Shown: piece by piece, positions 1-9,083 of the stretch
How positions within the stretch are numbered: position 1 is the first letter of the stretch
How the letters are laid out: the number at the start of each line of letters is the position of its first letter
Assembly (NCBI GenBank): GCA_963825055.1
Contig: CAWGSK010000030.1
Coordinates: 18,882-82,881, forward strand
Origin: an uncultured Gemmatimonadales bacterium
GTDB lineage: Bacteria > Gemmatimonadota > Gemmatimonadetes > Gemmatimonadales > GWC2-71-9
Length of the DNA: 64,000 nucleotides
Direction: 5' to 3'
Program-made: the position numbers and the translations under genes
The notes under the pieces: model-generated
Databases searched by the model: none
What the model saw: the letters and a program-made list of their open reading frames with translations, nothing else
What the model was told of the DNA's origin: nothing

Positions 1-537
1 TGCCAGCGCCGCCAGCGCCGCCAGCGCCCCGTACTTGGCGACGGTGATCAGGTTCATCACCACCGCGGCGTAGTTGACCCCCAGATAGTTGAACAGGCCC
101 ACGACCACAACGGCCCCCGCCGCGAACCAGTGCACCTGCGCCGGGCTCAGGTCGGCGAAGTATCCCAGGTACTCGGCAAAGAGAGTCGCAATCGCCCCAA
201 GCGCCGAGGCCCGGATGACAGCCATCTCGCTCCAGCCGAAGAGAAACGCCGGCAACGGCCCGAAAGCCTCGAGGATGTAGGCGAAGACGCCGCCCGAGCG
301 GGGAAGCGAGGCGGCCAGTTCGGCGAAGGTCAGTGCCCCGAACAGCGCGATCAGGCCGCCCAGCACCCAGCCGAGCAGAACCGGGCCGGAATAGGAAAGC
401 TGGCCCGCCACCACCGCAGGAACGCGGAAAATCCCGCTGCCGATGGTCGAACCCACCAGGACAGCGATCGCGCTCCACAACCCCAGGTTGCGGGGCAGCC
501 GCTCTCCCCAGGCATCTCGTTCCAGTTCGACGCTCAT
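1..537 (-). CDS. APC-family amino acid permease (N-terminal part; gene runs off the window start)
   Basis: My own minus-strand translation from ATG at 537 gives MSVELERDAWGERLPRNLGLWSAIAVLVGSTIGSGIFRVPAVVAGQLS... The frame stays open to base 1. It is hydrophobic, and the GSGIF motif is typical of APC transporters. It is absent from the ORF track because it is truncated. Confidence 0.75.
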   Translation of the reverse strand, partial: MSVELERDAWGERLPRNLGLWSAIAVLVGSTIGSGIFRVPAVVAGQLSYSGPVLLGWVLGGLIALFGALTFAELAASLPRSGGVFAYILEAFGPLPAFLFGWSEMAVIRASALGAIATLFAEYLGYFADLSPAQVHWFAAGAVVVVGLFNYLGVNYAAVVMNLITVAKYGALAALAALA

Positions 538-770
538 TTTGGACGGATCCTCGTGGGGGACGGGGTCAGGAGGTCAGGAAGTCGGGAGGTCGGGCACTCG
601 GGAAGCGGGAGTTTGTTGCCTGACCCTGAACGAAGAGGGAAAGCGGCATTATCTTAGACGCCTGCCCGAACCGGGTCCGGCGTAAGGTGGCGCCGACACT
701 ATCCGTTGACAAGGTACGGCGGCGCGGGCCCCGCACTGCCACGGCCGGGGCATGTTGCCATTCGGACACC

Positions 771-2687
771 ATGGAGCAAGACGTAATGCAGGCCTCCGCA
801 GATTCCACCCGGCTCTACCGTCGCATCGCCTGGACCGGTGCCTGGCTCGCCTTCGGCCTGATTGTGCTCGGGGGCGTCGTCCGCATCACCGGCTCAGGTA
901 TGGGCTGCGGCGACCACTGGCCGAAATGCAACGGCCACTGGTTCCCGCCCTTCGATGACATCACGACGGTCATCGAATGGGGACACCGGTGGGTCGCGGC
1001 CCTCCTGAGTACCGTGGTCATCGGCTTCGCGGCGTGGGGCGGCTGGCGTTACCGCGGCACCCCTGCACTCGGGGGCCCCGCTCTCCTGGCCGGCGTGCTG
1101 CTCGTGGTCCAGGTCCTGCTCGGGCCGGTCATCGTCAAGCTGGACCTGCCACGCCCCGTCGTGGTGGTCCACCTCCTCAATGCCATGGCCCTGCTCGCCG
1201 TCCTGATGGTCGCTGGACTGCGCGCCGCTCCGGGCGGCCCCGGCCCCCGCCGAAGCCCCTTCGACGGCCGCGGACTCGGGGCGACCCTGGCCCTGCTGGG
1301 GCTGGTCACCCTGTTCTTCGGCGCGATGACCGCCAATTACAACGCCGGACTGCTCTGCCTCGGCTTCCCGCTCTGCAACGGGAGCCTGGCCCCCCCGGCC
1401 AGTGAGCTGGCGGGCATCCACTGGACCCATCGGATGCTGGCTTTCACATTCGCCATCCTGGCTCTCGTTTTCGCCGCCAGGGTATCCAGGCTTCCCGCCC
1501 CTGCGTTCCGGTCACTTCGGCGCTCAGCGTGGCTCCTCGTGGCCCTCACGGCCGCCCAGATCGGCATTGCCGCCGCGATGGTCCTGCGCCTGCTGCCCCC
1601 TACGCTCCGCGCCCTGCACCTCATGGCGGGCACCGCCGTCTGGATGGGTCTCGTTCTCCTGGTATACCGGATTCTCCGAACAAGCGCCGAAGAAACACCT
1701 GAGATAGTTCGGGAGACGGAACCGGCCGTGGCGGGACAGGGCCTGTTCCGCGACCTGGTCTCCCTGACCAAGCCCCGGATCATCTCTCTGCTGCTGGTGA
1801 CCACCCTGGCCCCCATGTTTATCACGGGCGCGGGCCTGCCCTCGGCGGCACTGGTCCTCTGGGTGGTGATTGGCGGCTACCTGATGGCGGGGGGCGCCAA
1901 CGCCATCAACATGTGGTTCGACCGGGACATCGACACCCGGATGAGCCGGACGAAACTCCGGCCCATCCCTTCGGGCCGTCTCTCGCCCGGCTTCGTGCTG
2001 GGCTTCGGTACCGGGCTCGGGGCGGCGGCGTTCGGGATTTTCTATTTCCTGGTGAACCCGCTGGCCGCCTGGCTGGCCCTGGGCGGGCTGCTCTTCTACG
2101 TCCTGGTCTATACGATGTGGCTCAAGCGCTCGAGCCCGCAGAACATCGTCATCGGCGGGGCTGCGGGCGCCTTTCCTCCCCTTGTCGGCTGGACCGCGGT
2201 CACCGGGCACCTGGATCTGCCGGCGCTGTACCTCTTTGCCATCGTGTTCTACTGGACCCCACCCCACTTCTGGGCGCTGGCCCTCATCAAGCAGAAGGAG
2301 TATGCCAACGCGCGCATTCCCATGATGCCTGTCGTCAGGGGCGAGCGGCAGACCAAGATCCAGATGCTGGGCTACACCCTGATGCTGATCCCGCTCACAG
2401 TGCTGCCCTGGCTCTCGGGCACGCTGGGCTGGGTCTACCTGGCGGCGGCCCTGCTGCTGGGCGCGCGCCTGCTGTGGTACTGCCTGAAGCTGCTCCGCGA
2501 AGAGTCCGTCACGCCGACTGCCTGGAAAATGTACAAGTACTCCCTGGCCTACCTCTTCCTGCTGTTCGCGGCGATGGGCGTGGACCGCGCCATCCCGCTG
2601 GACCATCCTTTCCAGCCCACGCCGGTCATGATCCTCAAGATGGAACCGACAGCCCCGTCGCCGGCCATCACCCACACGCACAACTGA
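771..2687 (+). CDS. Fused heme A synthase (CtaA/COX15) and heme O synthase (CtaB/CyoE, protoheme IX farnesyltransferase)
   Basis: ORF 687..2687. The N-terminal half carries the CtaA-like VRITGSGMGCGDHWPKCNG. The C-terminal half carries UbiA-family CtaB motifs (LTKPRIISLLL, GGANAINMWFDRDIDTRMSRTKLRPIPSG). The start is ambiguous: GTG 687, ATG 771, or ATG 786, which has GGAG 9 nt upstream. Confidence 0.85.
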   Translation: MEQDVMQASADSTRLYRRIAWTGAWLAFGLIVLGGVVRITGSGMGCGDHWPKCNGHWFPPFDDITTVIEWGHRWVAALLSTVVIGFAAWGGWRYRGTPALGGPALLAGVLLVVQVLLGPVIVKLDLPRPVVVVHLLNAMALLAVLMVAGLRAAPGGPGPRRSPFDGRGLGATLALLGLVTLFFGAMTANYNAGLLCLGFPLCNGSLAPPASELAGIHWTHRMLAFTFAILALVFAARVSRLPAPAFRSLRRSAWLLVALTAAQIGIAAAMVLRLLPPTLRALHLMAGTAVWMGLVLLVYRILRTSAEETPEIVRETEPAVAGQGLFRDLVSLTKPRIISLLLVTTLAPMFITGAGLPSAALVLWVVIGGYLMAGGANAINMWFDRDIDTRMSRTKLRPIPSGRLSPGFVLGFGTGLGAAAFGIFYFLVNPLAAWLALGGLLFYVLVYTMWLKRSSPQNIVIGGAAGAFPPLVGWTAVTGHLDLPALYLFAIVFYWTPPHFWALALIKQKEYANARIPMMPVVRGERQTKIQMLGYTLMLIPLTVLPWLSGTLGWVYLAAALLLGARLLWYCLKLLREESVTPTAWKMYKYSLAYLFLLFAAMGVDRAIPLDHPFQPTPVMILKMEPTAPSPAITHTHN

Positions 2688-2717
2688 GCCACCGACCCGC
2701 CGCCGTCCGGGGCCTGC

Positions 2718-4528
2718 ATGGCTGACGCGCCGGCCCGTTTCCGGGTTCCTCCCCCCACCGAGCTCGGCCGGCTCTGGCCCAGGGTGCGCCCGTACCGCTG
2801 GAGCCTGGCTCTCGCCGCGCTCGCCCTGGTCGTCAGCGCGGCGATCGGCCTGGCCTTCCCCCTTATCGTGGGCAAGCTGCTGGATGCGGCATTCCTCGAC
2901 CGGGGCCGTGAGATTCTCGACCGGATCGCCCTCGGCCTGGTCGGGCTCTTCGCCGTCCAGGCCCTGCTGAATTACGCCCAGACGTACCTGCTGAGTGCCA
3001 CCGGCGAGCGGGCGGTCGCCGGACTCCGCCGCGAGTTGTTCGGGAAGCTGCTGGAGATGCCACCAGGCTTCTTCGCCGAGCGCCGGACCGGCGAACTCAC
3101 CAGCAGGCTCACGACCGACGTGGCGCAGCTCCAGGGCGTCATGAGCCACCAGATTGCCGAATTCAGCCGGCAGGCACTCTCGCTGGTGGGGGGGTAGTCC
3201 TCCTCTCCCTGCTCCAGCCGCGACTCACGTTCACGGCGCTTCTGGTCGTGCCCTTCGTGGTGTTCTCGGCCATCTTCTTCGGCCGTCGGCTCCGTTCCAT
3301 CAGCACCGGGGTGCAGGACCAGGTCGCCTCGGCTACCGCGATGGCGGACGAGGCGTTCAGCCAGATCCGGACGGTCCAGAGCTTCGTGCAGGAGCCCGCG
3401 GAGCGGCAGCGGTACGGAGATCGTGTCGCGGCGATTGTCGAGCGAGCCCTCAAGCGGGCCCATGTCCGTGGCGTGTTCTTCGGCGTGATCACCTTCGCCA
3501 CATTCGTGGGGGTCGTGATCGTGCTCTGGCAGGGCGGACTGCTGGTGCTGGCCGGGAAGCTGACGGCAGGGACGCTGGTCGCGTTCCTCCTGTACACGAT
3601 CTACATCGCGGCAGCCATCGGGTCGCTGGCGTCCTTCTTCAGTCAATACCAGGAATCGGTCGGGGCCGCGCGGCGGGTGTTCGAGATCCTCGAGGGCCCG
3701 GTTGCGATCGCCGACCCGGTGGAACCTGTGGCCCTGCCTTCGCCGGTGCGGGGCCGGGTCACATTCGAGCAGGTCTCGTTCACGTACCCTGGTGGCGTGG
3801 AGGCGCCCGGAATCATCCCGCCTCCCACCGTCCGGGATATAACCATTCGGGTCGAGGCGGGCGAGACCGTCGCCATCGTGGGCCCTTCGGGCGCCGGGAA
3901 GACGACACTGGTCTCCCTCCTCCCCCGGTTCTGGGACGTGACCGCCGGCCGGATCCTGCTGGACGGGGTCGACATCCGCCAGTTGCGCCTGGCCGACCTG
4001 CGCCGGGCTATCGGTCTGGTCCCCCAGGAACCGGCGCTCTTCAGCGGCACCATCGAAGAGAACGTCGCCTATGCCAGGCCGGACGCCTCGGCGGACGAGG
4101 TGGAGCAGGCCGCGCGGATCGCGCATGCCCACGAGTTCATCGAGCGTTTCCCTGAGGGGTATGCGACCCTGGTGGGCGAGCGGGGTGTCAAGCTTTCCGG
4201 CGGCCAGCGGCAGCGGGTCGCCATCGCGCGGGCTGTGCTCAAGGACCCGGCCGTTCTCATACTGGACGAGGCCACGAGCAGCCTGGACAACGAGAGCGAG
4301 CGGCTGATCGAGGCCGCGCTGGAGAAGCTGCTCGTGGGAAGGACAACGTTCATCATCGCGCACCGGCTGAGCACGGTGCAGCGGGCCGACCGGCTGCTGG
4401 TCATGAACTACGGCCGGATCGTGGAGGAGGGGACGCACGAGGAACTCCTGGCGCTGGGCGGGCTGTACGCCCGGCTCTACCAGAGGCAATTTCGGGAGGA
4501 GTTCCGCGAGACACCGCCCGGGCCCTGA
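2718..4528 (+). pseudogene. MsbA-like ABC exporter (fused permease and ATPase), frame broken in a G homopolymer
   Basis: ORF fragments 2718..3197 and 3248..4528 together make one type-1 ABC exporter. It has a TM domain, Walker A GPSGAGKTT, signature LSGGQRQR and Walker B LILDEATS. The frame breaks at the run of 7 G at 3188..3194. One extra G would read ...SLVGGVVLLSLLQPRLTFTALLVVPFVV... continuously. This may be a sequencing error rather than a true pseudogene. Confidence 0.6.
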
Positions 4529-4585
4529 CTGCCGGGACGGGACCTTCGCCTCCGAGCCACCAGTGGGTCGACGTGCGGAGGAGCA

Positions 4586-4647
4586 AACCCTGCAACAGCA
4601 GTGCCCCCCGCCGCGACTGCGACGGGGGGCACTGTTGTTACAGGGTT
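4586..4647. terminator. Long GC-rich hairpin between convergent genes (bidirectional terminator candidate)
   Basis: AACCCTGCAACAGCAGTGCCCCCCG ... CGGGGGGCACTGTTGTTACAGGGTT form imperfect arms of about 25 nt. It lies between the ABC exporter stop (4528) and the stop of the minus-strand lipoprotein (4658). Confidence 0.5.
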
Positions 4648-4657
4648 ACCGACTGAC

Positions 4658-6289
4658 CTACTGTGCGTGCATGGTCAGTTTGATCACACCGGGGTTCGGG
4701 TCGAAGAGTATGACGGCCAGCAGGTAATCTCCGGGGGTCAGCGCAACCGTCGTAGTCTCCGGTTGGCCGTTGCCGTTGGCGCCCCCGGTGTGGCCGAAGG
4801 AGTCGGCACCGGAATCGAGAATGTTGTTGAATCCGGAGTCGATGACGTAGAGCCCGAGGTCTCCGTCACTGCTCCATTCGAGCGTCATGTCATACGTGGT
4901 GTTCGCCGGGACGGTGATCCGGTAGAACCGCGAGTCGTTTGCCGCGAACGTACCCCCACCGAACCCGCCACCGTCATAAGTCACGTTGGTATTGCCCGAC
5001 GTCGGGAGCGGAAGGAACGAGGCGTTGAACGGGTCGTCCGTGTTCAGGAACGGAGAGGCGGCCGCGGTGATAAGCTGGGTCGCGTCGAGGGACAGTACGA
5101 ATGGCCCAACGACGACGCCATCAATGGTCGGACGGCCAACTGATCCCGGCGGCGCAACGAACGTGACCGTCGTGCTGTCCGTCGACACGTTCGTGATGTA
5201 GCTGTTGAGCCCCCCGAACGACACATTGACGGAAGCCGGATCGAGCACGAAACCGGGGTCCGCCGTCATCGTGACCGTGGCGCCCGCGGCTGGGTTCGTG
5301 GCGGAGAAGGTTACCGGTGCATTCGGGACGACCGGAGACTTCACGCGCGTCGAGTCCGTGAGGTTGAACGCGAACAGGGGTGATCCGGTGGCAATGACAC
5401 CGTTGATGGTGATGGGCGCGTCCGTGTTCGGCGGCACCAGCACGCTCAGCATTGTGCTGTCGGCGCTGATACCCACCAGAATCGCGGAACTGTCGGCCGC
5501 AAAGTTCACGGTGGCGGACGGGAGGATCCGCAGCCCCGACGGCACCGTCAGGACGACCGTATCCGAGCTCGTCGGGGTGGTCGTGTTATAGGTGGCGCCG
5601 AGCTTTCCAAAGCCTTCGGTCGTGAGCGAGAGTGAGGTCGGCACCGAGAACTGCTGCCCGGGCAGGTAGCCAACTACCACGTCGTTCAGGGTCACGGGGC
5701 CGGAGACTCCGGGAGGCGGCACGAAGGTAATCTGCGTGCTGTCGGCCGACACCCCGATGAGAATCGGGCTTGCGACGCCACCCGCGAGCGTCACGGTCGA
5801 CGTGGAGGTGAACGTTATGCCTGCCGGCAGGGTGATCGTGACCGTGTCCCCGTTGGTCGGCGTCGTCGCGGACAGGGCAGCCACGATCTTGGACGGGACA
5901 ATATTCACGTCCACGGTGACCGACTTGCCTGCCGCATCTACGTCAAACGAACCCGAGACAAACGTGGAGGAGTCCTGTCCCTTCACGAAGAACCGGGCAC
6001 GGGTCTTGAGGTTGTCGCCGCCGATCACAAGGCCGTACCCGGTGTCCTGGTTCACGACGAGGCCGGCGGTCTTATTGCTGATGGTGAATTCGGCCTCGTT
6101 CTGGTTCCCGAGATCGTTCACCGCTTCCACGACGACCGCTTCACTGTCCACGTTGCTCACGAAGACGATCTGCGGGGTCGCCTTGATGCTGGCGATGGTA
6201 TCCAGGTTTGTGTCGAAGGCATTCCCTCCGCACGCCCAGATCCCGCCGGCCACGGCGACCAGGATCGAACCACGTACCAAACGGTTCAT
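4658..6289 (-). CDS. Secreted lipoprotein with three IPT/TIG-like Ig repeats and a C-terminal PPC (pre-peptidase C-terminal)-like domain
   Basis: ORF 4658..6376. The likely start is ATG 6289 (MNRLVRGSILVAVAGGIWAC, a lipobox-like signal). There are three internal repeats of about 75 aa, each containing ...SADST.ITFV.PPG..GP.T..GV... The C-terminal tail reads TYDMTLEWSSDGDLGLYVID...GDYLLAVILFD. Confidence 0.6.
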   Translation of the reverse strand: MNRLVRGSILVAVAGGIWACGGNAFDTNLDTIASIKATPQIVFVSNVDSEAVVVEAVNDLGNQNEAEFTISNKTAGLVVNQDTGYGLVIGGDNLKTRARFFVKGQDSSTFVSGSFDVDAAGKSVTVDVNIVPSKIVAALSATTPTNGDTVTITLPAGITFTSTSTVTLAGGVASPILIGVSADSTQITFVPPPGVSGPVTLNDVVVGYLPGQQFSVPTSLSLTTEGFGKLGATYNTTTPTSSDTVVLTVPSGLRILPSATVNFAADSSAILVGISADSTMLSVLVPPNTDAPITINGVIATGSPLFAFNLTDSTRVKSPVVPNAPVTFSATNPAAGATVTMTADPGFVLDPASVNVSFGGLNSYITNVSTDSTTVTFVAPPGSVGRPTIDGVVVGPFVLSLDATQLITAAASPFLNTDDPFNASFLPLPTSGNTNVTYDGGGFGGGTFAANDSRFYRITVPANTTYDMTLEWSSDGDLGLYVIDSGFNNILDSGADSFGHTGGANGNGQPETTTVALTPGDYLLAVILFDPNPGVIKLTMHAQ

Positions 6290-6388
6290 ACTGTGCACCT
6301 CATTCCTGAGAGATGGTGAGTAGCTTCCGCGAATGTACACCCTGATCCGGCCCCACACCAGAACCGGAGGACCCACAGTGTCCGGATC

Positions 6389-7825
6389 TCAATTGCTCGG
6401 CGCGTAGCCGGTGTAGAAGTCGACACCCAGGAACTGTCCGATGTCCCGAACCGCGTCTTCCCCGAGCACATCCCGCCAGCTCGGCAGTCCGCGGTACTGG
6501 AGGTCGTTGGACTGGAGGAGCACGTAGTTGCCGAGCCCCGTCCGGTCCGCGAACACGAAGTACCTGTCCCGACCCCGCGTGTATCTCCAGACTTCGTACG
6601 TCGGGGCAACACCCGACCGGACCCGCTCCAGCGTCTCATCCGGCTTGCCGTAAACGGCCCAGATTTCCCCCCTGGGGGTTTTCCATCCCGGGCGGTTTGA
6701 GCGGCCGGGCTCGCCGAACTTCTGGTTCGCGTAGGCGACGGTAGCGTAGAACTGCTCCCGCGCCTCGTTCCGCGAGGTCGAGGAATCAGGGTCGCGCTTC
6801 TTCCAGAACTGGGTGAGGAAGTTCCGCTTGGCCGCAGTAGACAGATCTCCGCTGTACGGCTTCAGCTCCCCACTCTGCGCGATAAACGTCAGTGGCTCCT
6901 CGTACACGTCGAGCGAATCCGCCTCCATGGTGGCGAAGAACCCTTCGTCCGTCACCCGCACGGCCGCGCGACGCTCCGCCTCCTGGGCCACTGCCTCCTG
7001 CAACCCCTGCATGCTGAACCCGGCGGACCGCATCACGGTGTCTTCCGGCATCTCGAGGGTTACATCCAGGCGGTACTGCCCTCCCGGCAACCCTTCGAGG
7101 TCCACATCGCCGAGGAGGATCCCTCCTCCCGCGGCCAGCTGGACCGGCCGCGGCGGCCGCTCCAGATACACCTTTCCGTCCGTGCCCAGCACTGAAACCT
7201 TCATCATTCCGGAGGCCGGCGTGTCACTGTAGGCCTCAAGGAAGTAATACAGGCTCGCGTGGAAGGGGGTCAGGCGAAGGTCGGCAATCGACGTGATCAT
7301 CAACTGTCCTGCCCGCCACTCGGAGCCTGAAGGCATCGAGTCCCCGGTCACGGCGCGGATCTGCGGCGACAGCAGCAGGTCCGATGCGAGCGGCTCGTCT
7401 GCATACCCCCGGATCTGCCGCACCGCCCGGCTGGTTCGGCCCGAGACCGAATCCTCCACCGTGACTTCCAGCTCGTACTGCCCGGGCAACACGTGGAACT
7501 CCATCATGTTGACCGTGAACGCCCCGGGCTCGCGGAGGTCGGCCCGCACATGCTGCTGCGGCCAGGAGTCCTCGAGAAGCTTGAGCCCGCTGGAGTCCCG
7601 TACCACGAAGGCAATGCGGTAACTCATGATGCCGTCAGGCCCCATGACCGTCGGCTGCATCAGGTCCAGCGGGACCTGCACGAAGGCGCGAACCTTCGTC
7701 TGGTTGCCGTCCGCCCGGTAGAACCGTACCGCCCGCACCGCCACACCACTGTCGGCCTGCGCCGACACGGGGGCCGGCGCCAGGGCCAGGGCCGCTGCCA
7801 GCGCGGCGAGAGTCAATCCTGCCAT
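6389..7825 (-). CDS. GWxTD domain-containing secreted protein
   Basis: ORF 6389..7879. The likely start is ATG 7825, with GAGGTG upstream and the signal MAGLTLAALAAALALAPAPVSAQ. The C-terminal region RPGWKTPRGEIWAVYGKPDE matches the GWxTD signature with D replaced by P. Confidence 0.7.
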   Translation of the reverse strand: MAGLTLAALAAALALAPAPVSAQADSGVAVRAVRFYRADGNQTKVRAFVQVPLDLMQPTVMGPDGIMSYRIAFVVRDSSGLKLLEDSWPQQHVRADLREPGAFTVNMMEFHVLPGQYELEVTVEDSVSGRTSRAVRQIRGYADEPLASDLLLSPQIRAVTGDSMPSGSEWRAGQLMITSIADLRLTPFHASLYYFLEAYSDTPASGMMKVSVLGTDGKVYLERPPRPVQLAAGGGILLGDVDLEGLPGGQYRLDVTLEMPEDTVMRSAGFSMQGLQEAVAQEAERRAAVRVTDEGFFATMEADSLDVYEEPLTFIAQSGELKPYSGDLSTAAKRNFLTQFWKKRDPDSSTSRNEAREQFYATVAYANQKFGEPGRSNRPGWKTPRGEIWAVYGKPDETLERVRSGVAPTYEVWRYTRGRDRYFVFADRTGLGNYVLLQSNDLQYRGLPSWRDVLGEDAVRDIGQFLGVDFYTGYAPSN

Positions 7826-7889
7826 GCCACCTCTTGATGTGCCCGGACAGGAATCCTGCCCCGACCGGGCCGCATCCATGCTTCGAAAG

Positions 7890-9011
7890 TTACCAGCCGA
7901 TATTGAAGCTGAAGAAGTTGGTCGAGCCGAGCACGCCCATGTACTTCCAGGCGTAGTCCACGCCCAGGCGGAAGTTGCCCGTCTGGTAGTTCAGCCCGCC
8001 GCCGAACGCCAGGCCCTGGAGGTTTTCCTCGTCCAGCAGCGCCGTCGACGACAGGCTGGCCGGCTCCAGGTTGTTCGCCGGGTTGTACGAGTAGCTCCCC
8101 CGCAGGGCGACCCCGAAGGCGCTGCCCCCCAGCTGGTCCAGCATCCACTCCGCCCCGGCCGAGAAGCCCGCCGAGTTGTTGTTCGGCTGGTTGAAGTCAC
8201 TCAGCACCGTCAGCCGGTTCGACGCCCCCGTCAGGAGGTCGTACGCCAGCCCCACCCGGAACGTCGTTGGCAGCGGGAAGCCCTTCGTCCGCAGCCGCGC
8301 CGGCTGGTCCAGGCTCGGCACCGGGTCCTCGCCCGGCAGCGGATCCCGCGCCGAGCCCGTGTTCAGCGCGTCCCCGCTGTAGCTCAGGTCCGTGCCCAGG
8401 TTCGCCAGCACGAACGAGAACTTCACCGGGTGGTTGTTCAGCATCGCGTGGAAGTTCGTCCCGAAGTCCACCGCAAACGCCGACCCGTTCGCATCGCCCA
8501 GGTTGTCCGAGACGAACTTCGCCGTGATGCCCGCACTGAAGCGGTCCGAGAAGTTCTCCGCGTACGTCAGGCCCGCGAACGTCTCATTCACCGAGTACAC
8601 CGACCCCGTGCCTTCCGGCTGGTCCACCGTGTACACCGGCTGGTCATTGAACCCGAACGTCCCCAGCTGGAGCCCGAACGTCCGGGCCCCGTTGCCGAAC
8701 GGGAACGCAATCCCGCCCCACGTGTACCGGGTCCCGGCCACGTAGTCATACGTCCCCAGCATCGCCCCCGGCCGCGCCATCAGCGCCGCGCCGGCGGGAT
8801 TGTAGTACAGGGCACTCACGTCGCTGGCGATCGCCGAATAGGCTCCGCCCAGCGCCGTGCCCCGCGCCCCGGCTCCCAGCAGCAGAAACTCCGCCGCCGT
8901 CGTGCCATAGGGCGTGTTGTCCTGGTTGACGTCCTGCGCCAGCCCCACGGCCGGCAGCCCGCTCAGCAGGGCGCCTACCACCAACCACCGCTTCAGGGAA
9001 AAGTCACGCAT
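7890..9011 (-). CDS. porV: PorV/PorQ-family outer membrane beta-barrel (type IX secretion shuttle, FadL-like)
   Basis: 373 aa. It has a signal peptide followed by TTAAEFLLLGAGARGTALGGAYSAIASDVSALYYNPAGAA, the characteristic PorV N-terminal motif. The sequence is rich in Gly and aromatic residues and ends ...FFSFNIGW. Confidence 0.75.
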   Translation of the reverse strand: MRDFSLKRWLVVGALLSGLPAVGLAQDVNQDNTPYGTTAAEFLLLGAGARGTALGGAYSAIASDVSALYYNPAGAALMARPGAMLGTYDYVAGTRYTWGGIAFPFGNGARTFGLQLGTFGFNDQPVYTVDQPEGTGSVYSVNETFAGLTYAENFSDRFSAGITAKFVSDNLGDANGSAFAVDFGTNFHAMLNNHPVKFSFVLANLGTDLSYSGDALNTGSARDPLPGEDPVPSLDQPARLRTKGFPLPTTFRVGLAYDLLTGASNRLTVLSDFNQPNNNSAGFSAGAEWMLDQLGGSAFGVALRGSYSYNPANNLEPASLSSTALLDEENLQGLAFGGGLNYQTGNFRLGVDYAWKYMGVLGSTNFFSFNIGW

Positions 9012-9083
9012 TGAATCTCACCTCTCCTGGATGGGGAGGACGGGGCCACCACCGTGGCCGCCCCGCCCCCCTTGGTCCCTGGC

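Noticed and set aside
130-657. 175-aa plus-strand ORF at the window start
   Set aside because: It is antisense to a convincing APC permease reading frame (1..537, minus strand), and its translation is Arg/Gly-rich with no motifs.
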